A stretch of DNA of 64,000 nucleotides from Octopus vulgaris (taxonomy: Eukaryota): assembly GCA_951406725.2 (NCBI GenBank), contig OX597817.1:144460001-144524000 (forward strand), written 5' to 3'. This document shows, piece by piece, positions 39,361 through 52,009 of this stretch. The position numbers were made by a program, and so were the translations under genes. The notes beneath the pieces are model-generated. The model was not told the origin of the DNA. It did no database searches and was given only the letters and a program-made list of their open reading frames with translations. Position 1 is the stretch's first letter. Every line of letters starts with the position of its first letter.

Positions 39361-39781
39361 TACTCTCTTTACTCTTTTACTTGTTTCAGTCATTTGAGTG
39401 CTGCCATGCTGGAGCAGCACCTTTAGTTGAGCAAATCAACCCCAGGACTTATTCTTTGGAAGCCTAGTATTTATTCTGTCAGTCTCTTTTGATGACGTAA
39501 ACACACCACCATCGCTTGTCAAGCGATGTTGCGGGGACAAACACAGACACACAAACATATACACAAACACACAAACATGCACACACACACATACACACAC
39601 ACATATATATATATATACAACGGGCTTCTTTCAGTTTCCATTTACCAAATCCACTCAGAAGGCTTTGGTTGGGCCGAGACAATAGTAGAAGACACTTGCC
39701 CAAGGTGCCACACAGTGGGAATGAGCCCAGAACCATGTGGTTGGTAAGCAAGATACTTACCACACAGCCACTCCTGCGCCT
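39361..39781 (-). mobile_element. SINE family A
   Basis: Colinear with 3070-3485. Confidence 0.88.
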
Positions 39782-40549
39782 ATTAATTAATAAGGGCTCA
39801 GAAGGTGTTCTAGGTACTTCCATGAAGCGCTACAGCACAGTTATGTGTTAACCAATTCATACGATGACTCATTAGGAGCTGAGCTGAGTGAAGCTACTCA
39901 ACATAGAACTATTTAGCACAGAAGTCAATTTAGAAAACTAAGAATATTCTATGGCTTTAGTTAGTCATTTCTGAATGCCATTCCACTCCAAGAAGCAATG
40001 AAGAGATTCTATCAATGATTGCTTATGAAAATGGAAAATTGATTTTCATATCGCAATATAAGTTTCAAATAATAACAATGATTTGAACATATATATGTGT
40101 GCAGAAGCATACATAAATATGTACACACATACACACACGCGCACGCACACACACACACACACATACACACACATGATATTATACAATAAGTGGATGCAGA
40201 TATGTATGTGTGGGTGTGTATTTAGTTGTGGAATTTCCTTTAATTATCAAGAAAGCGCTAGAAACATAGATGCATTTTAGATATTCGTAATTACATTTGT
40301 ATGCAAAAAGTATATTGATCTACAGAGTCACCATATTATTATTTTTACAAATATGTTACTTATCGTATATTTGTTATGACAGAATCATCTTTAATGACAA
40401 ATCCATGTTTCCAAGGTTTTCAATCATATATATGCATATATATACATAAAACGATATATATATATATATATATATATTGTCAGTGGATCATATATCAGAA
40501 AAATTAGCACTAAAAGAAGCTCTAATGTTTAGAGTATATATATAGAGAT

Positions 40550-40599
<50 letters not shown>

Positions 40600-40645
40600 C
40601 ATATATATATATGTATTTATATATATATATATATATATTATATAT

Positions 40646-41111
40646 ACATAAAAAGCACCCACTACACTCACGGAGTGGTTGGCGTTAGGAAGGGCATCCA
40701 GCTGTAGAAACATTGCCAGATAAGACTGGAGCCTGGTGCAGCCTTCTGGCTTCCCAGATCCCCGGTCGAACCGTCCAACCCATGCTAGCATGGAGAACGG
40801 ACGTTAAACGATGATGATGATGATGATGATGATACATACATATATACACACATATATATATACACATATATGTATGTATTTATCTGAGTGTCTGTGTTTG
40901 TCCTCCTCCCCACCATCGCTTGACAATCAATGTTGGTTAGTTTATGTCCCTGTAACTTAGTGGTTCAGCAAAAGAGATCGATAGAATAAGTAATAGGCTT
41001 ACAAAGAATAAGTCCTTGGGTTGAGTTGTTTGACTAAAAGGTGATGCTCCAGCATGACCACAGTCAAACAACTGAAACAAGTAAAAGAATAAAAGAATAT
41101 ATATATTTAGG

Positions 41112-41156
<45 letters not shown>

Positions 41157-41760
41157 TGTGTATGTGCTTGTATGTATGTATATCCTTTGCTGACACAAAC
41201 CACCTTAGAGCTTGTAATTTGGAACAATTTAATTAGCAGAGATAAAGTTGATTAATTAGAAAATAATTTCACTTTTGGCTGCAGGTATGGTTGTGTTGTT
41301 AACAAGTTTGCTTTGCAGCCTCATAGTCTGAGGTTCCATCTCACTGTGTGGCACTTTGACCAAGTGTCTTCTACCAAAGCTACAGGGAGACCAAAACCTG
41401 CAGACTGGAACAGGTCGATGGAAACTGAAAGAAGCTCATTTTATATATATATATATATATATTCTTTAGCCAAAGAGCTAGGTTACAGGGACATAAACAC
41501 ACCAACACCGCTTGACAAGTGGTGATGGGAGGACAAACACAGACACAAAGACACACACTCATAGATATATATATACATATATACATATGTACATATACAA
41601 ATATATACAAGAGACTTCTCCAAATGCATTCACCAAAATCTATTCATGAGGTTTTGGTTGACCTGGGGCTATAGTAGAAAACACTTGCCCATGGTGTCAT
41701 GCAGTGGGACTGAACCCAGAACCATGTGTTTGGGAAGCAAGCTTCTTACTACACAGCCTT
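40646..41760. mobile_element. RTE 3' end (40646-40833, +) and SINE A pieces (40870-41097 +, 41278-41445 +, 41480-41760 -)
   Basis: Homology to the other copies. Confidence 0.75.
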
Positions 41761-42049
41761 TCTTACCACCTATTTGTGTGTGTGTATGTGTGAGTGTGAA
41801 CATATGTGTATGAGTGTGTGTGAATTTATCCTTGTCTTGACATCATGTTATAGCTGTAAATGAACGTCACTGTTATACAAGCAGCGTCCATCTCTTATAT
41901 TCTGTGTGAAACATGTTCTGGCCCTGGGGTAGTATTGCTTTAGTTGGAAATAAGTGAGGGTTGGTGACAGGAAGAGCTTCTAGCTGTAGAAAATCTGCCT
42001 TGATGTATTCCTTCTAATACATGCAAAAATGGAAAAGTGGACATTAAAT

Positions 42050-42248
42050 CAATGATGACCATAATAACACTGAAGATGACAATGATGATGATGACGATGA
42101 TGATGATGTCAATGATGATGATGACGATGATGATGATGACGATGATGATGATGTCAATGATGATGATGTCAATGATGATGATGACGATGATGATGTCAAT
42201 GATGATGATGATGATGATGTCAATGATGATGAAGTCAATGATGATGAT

Positions 42249-42279
<31 letters not shown>

Positions 42280-42945
42280 TCAATGATGATGATATCAATG
42301 ATGATGATGACGATGATGACGATGTCAATGATGATGATGTCAATGATGATGATAACGATGATGATGATGTCGATGATGATGATGTCAATGAAGATGATGA
42401 CGGTGATGATGTCAATGATGATGATGATGATGATGTCAATGATGATGAAGTCAATGATGATGATGATGATGATGATGATAACGATGATGATGATGTCGAT
42501 GATGATGATGTCAATGATGATGATGACGGTGATGATGATGTCAATGATGATGATGACGATGATGATGATGTCGATGATGATGATGTCAATGATGATGATG
42601 TCGATGATGATGTCAATGATGATGATGTCAATGATGATGATGACGATGATGATGATGTCAATGATGATGATGTCAATGATGACAATGTCAATGATGACTA
42701 TGTCAATGATGGTGATGTCAATGATGATGATGTCAATGATGGTGATGTCAATGATGATGATGTCAATGATGATGATGACGATGATGATGATGATGATCTC
42801 AATGATGATGATGACGATGGCGATGTCAATGATGATGATGTCAATGATGATAATGTCAATGATGATGATGACGATGATGATGATGATGATGATGATGTCA
42901 ATGATAATGATGTCAATGATGACGATGTCAATGATGATGATGACA
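42050..42945. repeat. ~900-bp (GAT)n array punctuated by GTCAAT/GAC variants
   Basis: Directly visible; follows module G (41825-42050). Confidence 0.95.
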
Positions 42946-43497
42946 CATCTCTGCCTTTAAACCAGATATGCAAATGTGTTTCTGCATATAAACGATGTCT
43001 CACTGCAGAAGTAATTTTGGAAACCTGTACAAAAATAGATTTAAAACTATTGAAGACACGAATAAATGGTTGGAACCTCCGCAATCAAAATCAACAGACA
43101 ACTAATTCCACTTGGTATGCAGGACAGAAATTGGTTAGTTTTGCAGAGTGTCTATATAAAAGTTGCTATGATGTAGCGTAACAAGCTGACAGTCAGTAAA
43201 CGAACTCTTTAAAGACACATACATTGTTGATAAGGAAATCAATTTAGACTTGGAGCAAATAGATTGTAGCATTAGTTAAGATGACAGTGATAGAGTGAGC
43301 CAATAGGAATAACACACAGTCGTGACATAGGCATAACGATGTGGTCAGGAAGTTTGCAACCAAAGCATGTGGTCCCAGGTTCAGTTCCACTGTGTGGCAC
43401 CTTGGGCAAGTGTCTTCTCCAGCCCTGGGCCAACCAAAGTGTTGTGGGCAGATTTGGTAGGGGGGAAACTGAAAGAAGCCCATTATGTGTATTTATG

Positions 43498-43536
<39 letters not shown>

Positions 43537-43538
<2 letters not shown>

Positions 43539-44076
43539 AAACAAATCAAAATAGATGAACATCAATGGAATTTGTATCTTTGTGGTACCAGTGCCGGTGG
43601 CACTCAAGAAAACCATCCGAACGTGGCCGTAGCCAGTACCGCATCGACTGGCCTCCGTGCTGTGGGCACGTAACAAACACCGTCCGATCGTGGCCGTTCG
43701 CCAGCCTCATCTGGCACCTGTGTCGGTGGCACATAAAAACACCAACCGAGCGTGGCCGTCTGCCAGCCTCGTCTGGCACCTGTGTCGGTGGCACATAAAA
43801 AACACCATCCGAGCATGCTGTGTCGGTGGCACATAAAAAACATCATCCGAGCGTGGCCGTTCGCCAGCCTCGTCTGGCACCTGTGTCGGTGGAACATAAA
43901 ATCACCCACTACACTCTCGGAGTGGTTGGCATTAGGAAGGGCATCCAGCTGTAGAAACACTGCCAGATCTGACTGGCCTGGTGCAGCCTTCGGGCTCCCC
44001 AGACCCAAGTTGAACCGTCCAACCCATGCTAGCATGGAAAGCGGACGTTAAATGATGATGATGATGATGATGATGA
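43537..44076 (+). mobile_element. Young, CpG-rich RTE 3' UTR (family D) with ~6 tandem units, after SINE A head 43326-43490
   Basis: Repeated TGTCGGTGGCACATAAAAACACC..CCGAGCGTGGCCGT..GCCAGCCTCGTCTGGCACC. Confidence 0.85.
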
Positions 44077-44109
44077 TATATACACATACATACATATATA
44101 TATATATAT

Positions 44110-44868
44110 ACATCATATAATTAAGGGCTAAAGAGGGTTATTCTAAAGCCAATACACTGATTTATCCACTTATAATCCGCTTGCTACAGGAGAATTGAAA
44201 CTGAAAACGGGCAACTAACCTTTAGAAATTTTAAATTTCGTTATCTCTATATTGAATCAATTTCGGAATTAATCTTATAAAAGATATATTCTTTCTTCAG
44301 TAGAGCTTTCAATGGGATATAAATAAAATACTCACGTATGATCATGGAAAAAGCACAAGCGAAAAACATAACTACACTTGAGTACATCACTTATATCTAA
44401 AAATAAAAATTCTTTGGTCAGCCTCAGAAACAACGTCTTGACCTTTCGCCGCTACAAATTGTAATGGTTACCGGTCCTCCCGTAGCAAGCAGCGAGTTTA
44501 CTACTAACAATATAGGATGAAGACCCTTTCTCTACAGGAAAGGAATCCATCAGGAAGCGTGGGCAGTATATTTAAAAAAACCGTTACGGTTGAAGTATAA
44601 ACATCATATAATTAAGGGCTAAAGAGGGTTATTCTAAAGCCAATACACTGATTAATCCACTTTTATGCCCGTTTTCAGTTTCAATTCTCCTGTAGCAAGC
44701 GGATTATAAGTGGATAAATCAGTGTATTGGCTTTAGAATAACCCTCTTTAGCCCTTAATTATATGATGTTTATACTTCAACCGTAACGGTTTTTTTAAAT
44801 ATACTGCCCACGCTTCCTGATGGATTCCTTTTCTGTAGAGAAAGGGTCTTCATCCTATATTGTTAGTA
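44110..44868. mobile_element. Direct-plus-inverted repeat element in (TA)n (Penelope-like architecture)
   Basis: 44110-44171 repeated at 44601-44662; 44502-44662 inverted at 44708-44868; 44110-44213 inverted at 44666-44769. Confidence 0.65.
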
Positions 44869-44887
44869 TATATATATATATGTAGAT

Positions 44888-45200
44888 GTGATCCCTGTGC
44901 CGGTGGCATGTAAAAAGCACCATCCGGACATGGCCGATGCCAGCGCTGCCTTGACTGGCTTCCGCGCCGGTGGCATGTAAAAAGCACCAATCCGATCATG
45001 GCCGTTGCCAGCCTCGCCTGGCACATAAAAAGCACCCACTACACTCATGGAATGGTTGGTGTTAGGAAAGGCATCCAGCTGTAGAAACTCTGCCAGATCA
45101 GACTGGAGCCTGGTGCAGCCTTCCGGCCTCCTAGATTCCGGGCGAACCGTCCAACCCATGCTAGCATGGAGAACGGACGTTAAACGATGATGATGATGAT
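44888..45200 (+). mobile_element. RTE 3' end (family D)
   Basis: Three UTR units and a (GAT)n tail. Confidence 0.85.
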
Positions 45201-45259
<59 letters not shown>

Positions 45260-45414
45260 CATAGGAGAGAAATGTTTCCACAAGGATGATGGCTCACTTG
45301 GATTTAATGAAGCTGCTAAGAGAGAGACTTGGAGACACTGCTATGACAGGTTGCTAAATGAAGAGAATGAATGGGAGAAAGAGAGTCTGTCAAATGTCGA
45401 CCCAACTGGAAATA

Positions 45415-45727
45415 GCAGAGACCCAACATCCTGAGATCGGTCCTCACCACTTCATCCCATGTCTTCCTGGGTCTCCCTCTTCCATAGGTACCATCCACTT
45501 TCAGTGATCGACACTTCTTTATGCAGCCATCTTCATTCATATGCATCACATGTCCAAACCAACATAGTCTTCTCTCTTGCCTGCTGCATCTGATTTCTCT
45601 TTTGCTCAACTTTTCTCTCAACACATTTGCACTTTGTCACACATGCACACTTATGCTGCACATCCAACAGAGCATACTACCTTCATTCCTCTCTAATCTA
45701 TGCATGTCTTCTGCATTTCGAGCCCAT
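45415..45727 (-). pseudogene. RTE LINE ORF C-terminal fragment
   Basis: RLERNEGSMLCWMC...RRLCWFGHV...RGRPRKTWDEVVRTDL. Confidence 0.85.
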
Positions 45728-46044
45728 GCCGCCTTACTGGCACTTGTGCCGGGAGCACATGAAAAACATTCGAGCAAGGTCATTGCCAGTGTTACTGGAC
45801 TGGCTCCTGTGCAGGTGGCATGTAAAAAGCACCATTTGAGCGTGGCCATTGCTAGTACCGGCTGACTGGCCCTCATGTCGGTGGCATGTAAAAGCACCCA
45901 CTACACTCTTGGAGTGGTTGGCATGAGGAAACTTTGCCAGATCATATTGGAGCCTGATGCAGCCATCTGGTTTGCCAGTCCTCGGTCAAATCGTCCAACC
46001 CATGCCAGCATGGAAAGCGGACGTTAAACGATGATGATGATGAT
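45728..46044 (+). mobile_element. RTE 3' end (family D)
   Basis: Matches 58665-59068. Confidence 0.85.
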
Positions 46045-46725
46045 CTCACTACCATGGAGCATACCTATTCATGCACCAGCATCATACAATCCTTCAGTCA
46101 AAATTTCCAGTAAATTTATATTTCAAACACCAGTTTGTTAACAACAAAGTTATCTTACTAAATTCTTCAATGTTTTCAAAATTGATTGAGACAAAAGACA
46201 GCAATAAGGTAACAAAGGGATTAAGAAATTTTCACCACAGTTACATGGTTTTGAATTCTATCCCAGTGTATGGCAATTTGCACATTTGGCAAATGTCTTC
46301 CATGTGCTTGGGTTGCAAACTTCTTGACCACATGGTGATGCCAGTGAGTGTATGTTATTGCTGTTGGCTCACTCACATTGAAGATCAATGAGAACCATAA
46401 AAGATCAATGAGAATCCTAGAAGACCAATGGGAATGCTAGAAGATCAATGGTTGGGAGCAGCAAGCTCTACCAAGTGAGTAACTGCAATGCATCCTAGGG
46501 GTGGCATCCATGGCTGTGCAATCAGCTAATGAAGATCCACTGTGACACAGGCTCCCAATTCAAAATTATAATCATGGAACTGGATGGCGACAGAGAGTCA
46601 TAGAAATCAGCAAAAGCAGTGGAAATGAAAAACGGAAAGAAGTAAAGATCCACCAAATCAAGATTTTAATGCAGAAGAATTTGGGTTGGTTTGGAAACAG
46701 GCACCATGGTAAATAAAACAGTGGA

Positions 46726-46955
46726 AGGCAGTGAGCTAGCAGAATCATTAGCACGCCAGGTGAAATGCTTAGTGGTATTTCGTCTGCCGCTACATTCTGA
46801 GCTCAAATTCCACCAAGGTCGACTTTGCCTTTCATCCTTTTGGGGTCGATTAAATAAGTACCAGTTACGCACTGGGGTCAATATTATTGACTTAGTCCCT
46901 TTTCCTGTCCTTGTTTGTCCTCTCTATGTTTAGCCCCTTGTGGGCAATAAAGAAT
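46726..46955 (+). mobile_element. SINE family E
   Basis: Homologous to 38455. Confidence 0.8.
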
Positions 46956-47010
46956 TAAATAAAGCAGTGGAAGAGCATTTCCCATTGTTGGTAACAAAAG
47001 AGCTAACAGC

Positions 47011-47049
<39 letters not shown>

Positions 47050-47682
47050 ATGCACACATGCTCCCTCGATGCACATGCACACACATATTCACACACATTC
47101 ATGCACAAACACACATCCATGCAAACTAGATTTCAGACAGAGTGATAATTTATGGACGACTGCAGAGTTTATGGACAAAACGAGGTGGAAGAAGTGTTGC
47201 TGCATGCTTCCAGAAAAACAGAATATTCTTTTTGAGAATAGTAAAGTGATACTTAAGTCTAATAAAGAGATTAATGTAGGGCTGAGCAAGAGAGAGAGAG
47301 AGAGGTCATAATAATAGCCAGATGGATTAGATGTCAGCCAATTGGATGGAGAAAGAGAGAGAATTTGTCTTCAATCATTCCTTGTATAATGTGTCATTTA
47401 TTAAGTCATTGAACTCTTCCCTCTTGCTTTACCTGGCTGGAAGTCAATTAAGAAAGGAAAAAGATGATGGTAGGGAACTAAAACAAGCATACACAGAGAC
47501 AAATAGTTATTTACAACACTGAAACTGAATCTTCTCAAATGAGAAAAATGTTTCTTTGAAATTAACAAAAGAGAGATTAAATGGTTGTTTTAAATAATTT
47601 GCTAGCATACAAGATACAGCCTCGCATAAGATGCATCCCTATTTTACAAGTATATTCTGAGGGAAAAACAAATTTAATCTGC

Positions 47683-47803
47683 AGTTCTATAATTAAGAGA
47701 TGACGAATTATGTACATTATTTACATGCTCATGGGCATATGGCATAGTGGTTAAGAGCGTGGGCTACTAACCCTAAGATTCCGAGTTCGATTCCAGGCAG
47801 TGA

Positions 47804-47838
<35 letters not shown>

Positions 47839-47993
47839 TCGAAAAATACCTTAGGAATGGGAAATCAGGTTCGAAATTTCCTCAAGACACCTGATGAAGG
47901 CTGGAGGGTATATCAGCCGAAATGTTGTGTTAACAACAAACAAGATGAGGACAAATATCCATCAAATGTAAATAATGTAAATTTAATCTTTTT
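47683..47993 (+). mobile_element. tRNA-headed element with hammerhead-bearing tail
   Basis: A box TGGCATAGTGG 47740-47750, B box GAGTTCGATTC 47783-47793, (AAT)n, hammerhead 47886-47931, 14-bp inverted repeat 47713-47726 / 47966-47979. Confidence 0.7.
47886..47931 (+). ncRNA. Minimal type-I hammerhead ribozyme-like motif
   Basis: GACAC CTGATGA A GGCTG-N10-CAGCC GAA ATGT T GTGTT. Confidence 0.65.
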
Positions 47994-48067
47994 CATCATA
48001 CACTCATACAATCGATATGGCATGTGTAATACGATCACCTTAGATGAATGGTAATTTTTTGTTACTT

Positions 48068-48541
48068 TTAACACTTTTGTTACTGTATTTCTTATTTCTT
48101 TATAGTCCACAAGGGGCTAAACATAGATGGGACAAACAAGGACAGACAAAGGGATTAAGTCAATTACATTGACCCCAGTGCGTAACTGGTACTTAATTTA
48201 TCAACCCCGAAAAGATGAAAGCCAAATCGACCTCGGCGGAATTTGAACTCAGAACGTAACGGCAGATGAAATGCCACTAAGCCTTTCACCCAGGGTGCTA
48301 ATGTTTCTGCCAGCTCGCCGTCTTCTTACTGTATTTCTGTTGAAATACACTGTGTTTGTTTCAATTGATTTTGAAAAGAATGAAGAATTTAACCAAATGA
48401 TCTTGACATCATAAAGCTGATGTTTGGACCATAAATAAACAAAGTTTTGATGGATGGTTTTAATTTAGATTACTATAAAACATAAAGCTTGTATCATAGA
48501 ACCAGCAGTGGTCTTTGGTAGGTTGGCATACGAAGGGTTAA
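48068..48541. mobile_element. piggyBac-like MITE split by SINE E (48093-48325, -)
   Basis: TTAA ends; SINE flanked by 13-bp duplication TTACTGTATTTCT (48080-48092, 48326-48338). Confidence 0.75.
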
Positions 48542-48741
48542 GAGTGTAAATAGCACATCTTATATGCTGGTACATGTACAGTAATACTCTGAGTTTCACA
48601 TTTTTGATCTTCAGATGATTGTAAAGGATACAAAAAAAAATGAATTTATCATCTTACAAATGAAAACTACATGAAAAATACGAGAAACACCTGAATGTGC
48701 AATGCTGGGTTTTGGTTAGAAGTTTAATGAAGATTTTATCT

Positions 48742-48941
48742 CCTCTGGCCCCTGTGCCAGTGGCACATAAAAAGCACCCACTACACTCTCAAAGTGGATG
48801 GTGTTAGGAAGCGCATCCAGCTGTAAAAACACTGCCAAATCAGATTGGGGCCTGGTGCAGCCTCCTGGCTTCCCAGGCCCCAGTCAAACCGTCCAGCCCA
48901 TGCCAGTATGGAAAACGGACGTTAAACGATGATGATGATGA
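48742..48941 (+). mobile_element. RTE 3' end (family D)
   Basis: One UTR unit plus tail. Confidence 0.85.
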
Positions 48942-49680
48942 GGAGGAGGAGGAGGAGGAGGAATATATCATAGAAACTTCTGCCTATCATCGATCTTATG
49001 GAGGAATAAATTTTGCTCAAAAGCAAAACCAATTTTACCTTAAGTTTTACTTCCCAAGAACCTATCAACAACTTTAATCTGTTGCCAGGTTTAATAACCC
49101 CACTTGGTTCATGGGTGCCTTTTGCAGAACCCACTTTGTTCCAAGTGACGGTTCATGACTTCATGATTAGGGAGTTAAGTCATGAGCATTTGGTTGTAGA
49201 TTCAACTCTTGGACTGAGGGGCAAAAACTAGCCTTAAGTAACTTACATCTTTCTACATTACTACAATTTACTTGGATTTATGTGTGGTAATGCAACTTTT
49301 CCTCCCTCCAGCTATTATAATGCAGATGTTCTGCTGGGTCAAGATTAAGGGAGAGCCTGTCTATGTTTGTTCACGACCTCATTGTCACTTATAAAAGTCA
49401 GCAAACTCATGGGGTACCTATATTACATACTAACAGTTTAATGACTCATGGCTAGCTGTACCCTGCTACAAAATTTCAAGTTGGATTTCCAGCCTGGGAA
49501 CAGTATATTTTTTTGCTTCTACTAGTTCCAGAGAACATAGATGAACTCATGAGCACTGGTATTCTTTGTCTAAGAGTAGCTAGGAACTGAAACTGGAAGC
49601 TAGTCTTGGATCCACCAAAGACATGCGAATGCATTTGTTAGGTGGGAAATTAATACATGGTTTCCTGCACCAGTTTCCCA

Positions 49681-50160
49681 TAGCCCCAGCCCATCCAAAG
49701 TACCTTGGATTGCAGAACGACCTGCTATGCTTACCTTAGATCGTAGGGTGACCTGCTGTGCTTGAGGAGATCTATTGAGTCAAGTACATCAACATCAAAA
49801 TAAATATCAAATGGAAATTGTAGTTGTGATACCAGTGCCAGTGGCATGGAAAAAGTACCATCTGAATGTGACTGATGCCAGCATCACCTTGACCGGTTTC
49901 TGTACCGGTAGCACATAAAAAGTACCAACCGATCGTGGCTGCTGCCAGCCTCCCCTGGCAACTGTGCCGGCAGCACGTAAAAAGCACCCACTACACTCAC
50001 AGAGTGGTTGGTGTTAGGAAGGGCATCCAGCTGTAGAAACACTTCCAGATAAGACTGGAGCCTGGTGCAGCCTCCTGGTTGGCCAGTCCTCAGTCAAATC
50101 ATCCAACCCATGCTAGCATGGAAAGCAGATGTTAAACGATGATGATGATGATAATAATGA
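49681..50160 (+). mobile_element. RTE 3' end (family D), same subfamily as 37868
   Basis: Shared CAAAGTACCTTGGATTG...AAATGGAAATTGTAGTTGTGATACC. Confidence 0.85.
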
Positions 50161-50173
50161 TTTCTTAAGCAAA

Positions 50174-50785
50174 TTATTCTATGAAACTCCCTTCGATTTT
50201 GATGAATGCTTCAATGCAGGACTGAAACCACTGGCATGCCGACACTATATGGTCCTCATTCATTTTGGACATCACCTGGACAATGGTGGCCTTCAGTGAA
50301 GCTATAGTATTATGAGGATGACAATTAGTCTCCCATTCAACAGTGCTCCACAAGTCCATGGGGTTCAAATCTGGTGAGTTTGGAGGCCACATATTGTGTG
50401 TTACATAATCATAAAGATTGTCTGACAACCATTCTTGGGTGACTGGGGCTTTGTGAGAAGGTGCTGAGTCTTGTTGAAACACCTATGGCCTTCCATTGTA
50501 TACTTCATCAATCCAGGGCTTGATAAGTTCCCAGTACCTCAATGTATCCAGCAGCATTAATTCTAAGACCCTGTGAAAAAAAGCAAGAAGGCATCATGTA
50601 ACCTTTGCTGTTCACCACTCCTAAAACCATCACAGTTGTTGGAAATTTCGTGTGCATCACTCTGGGTAGTTCAGAAGGATCTGCACATAACCATCCGTCA
50701 TTTCTTCTGTTAGACTTTTGAACCTGGTCAAAGTTTTTCTGTCAGAGAAAAACCAAAGCATGCCTTGTTCGTGAGGGTTTTTCAC
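50174..50785 (-). pseudogene. maT-type (DD37D) transposase pseudogene fragment
   Basis: WFFSD near 50750; FQQDSAPSH...WPPNSPDLNPMD with 37 residues between the second and third Asp. Confidence 0.85.
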
Positions 50786-51203
50786 TGAGATGCAGTATGG
50801 AATTTTGGCAGTGAACAGGTCATGGCCTCAAAGCAATGAAACTATTTAGACAAATTAAATTTAAATGTTGAAGTAAATCTAACGGTTTTTGTGTGTTTTT
50901 AAAAGGCTTATAAACACCCCACCTCCCTGTGCTGCAATTGTTTCTATAGAGATAAATTTTTCCCTAAATTCTTCTACCACAAACTTAGCAAACAGAAACA
51001 ATGTGGTTTGGTTTCAAGTACTGATGTAAATTGTGCTAAAAAATGGTTTATCTTTTATATTTGAAATCTATAGGATGGTCTATGTCTGAGGAGAGTGGTT
51101 TCTTTCAAATTGATGTCATGTTATCATTGATCAATTAAATGGAGCTGCTTGAAACGGCTGTAATGCATCGATACCTAGACACCCTTGTTACTTATTTGCT
51201 TTC

Positions 51204-51530
51204 AAAGCCTTGTGAGTGGATTTGGTAGATGGAAACTGAAAGAAGCCCATCATACATATATATATATATATATATGTATGCATGTGTGTGTGTATGTATA
51301 TATATATATGTATGTATATGCTTGTGTGTCTGTGTTTGTAGCCCCCAACATCGCTTGACAACCAATGCTGATGTGTTTGCATCCCCATAACTTAGTGGTT
51401 TAGCAAAAAAGACCGATAGAATAAGAACTAGGCTTACAAAGAATAAGTCCTGGGGTTGATTTGCTCGACTAAAGGCGGTGCTCCAGCATGGCTGCAGTCA
51501 AAATGACTAAAACAAGTAAAAGAGTTTAAG
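51204..51530 (+). mobile_element. SINE family A, 5'-truncated
   Basis: Colinear with 55523-55920. Confidence 0.85.
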
Positions 51531-51533
51531 AAA

Positions 51534-51574
<41 letters not shown>

Positions 51575-51727
51575 AATTAACAAAATCTGTATTGTGTGTG
51601 TGTGTGTGTTCATAAACTGTGAGTGTATATGTGTATGTGTGTTGTTGTGTCCCTTTGCTTTGGACATTTACTCTACCACTGGTATTTGAGTACTCTTTTT
51701 CACCTTGTTTCACATTTATGTGTTTAC

Positions 51728-51793
<66 letters not shown>

Positions 51794-52009
51794 GTGTGTG
51801 TGTGTTCATATGTGAGTGTATATGTGTATGTGGGTGGTTGTGTCCCTTTGTTTGGACATTGTCTGTTAATTGTAAACAAGCATCAGTGTCGTATAAGCAG
51901 TGTTGTTTGTTTGCAATACTCCATGAGAAGCATGTCTGGCAATGGAGAAATATTTTTCCTTGCTTGGAAACAGGTGAAGGTTGCTGGTGGGAAGGGCATC
52001 CAGCCATGA

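Noticed and set aside
42037-42960. 307-aa Met/Ser ORF and other long poly-amino-acid ORFs (6118-6843, 11241-12486, 51619-53637)
   Set aside because: These are stop-free frames of trinucleotide microsatellites, open on several frames and both strands.
43590-43910. CRISPR-like repeat/spacer appearance
   Set aside because: The linkers are homologous to each other, the array is part of an RTE 3' UTR, there are no cas genes and the context is eukaryotic.
44520-44560. Hammerhead in the 44.1-44.9 kb element (CTGATGG plus hairpin)
   Set aside because: No GAAA after the stem and no UH/stem I arrangement.
47733-47806. tRNA gene (also the SINE A/B/C/E heads)
   Set aside because: Acceptor and T stems pair poorly, and the head continues into repeat body without a terminator; treated as a SINE head.
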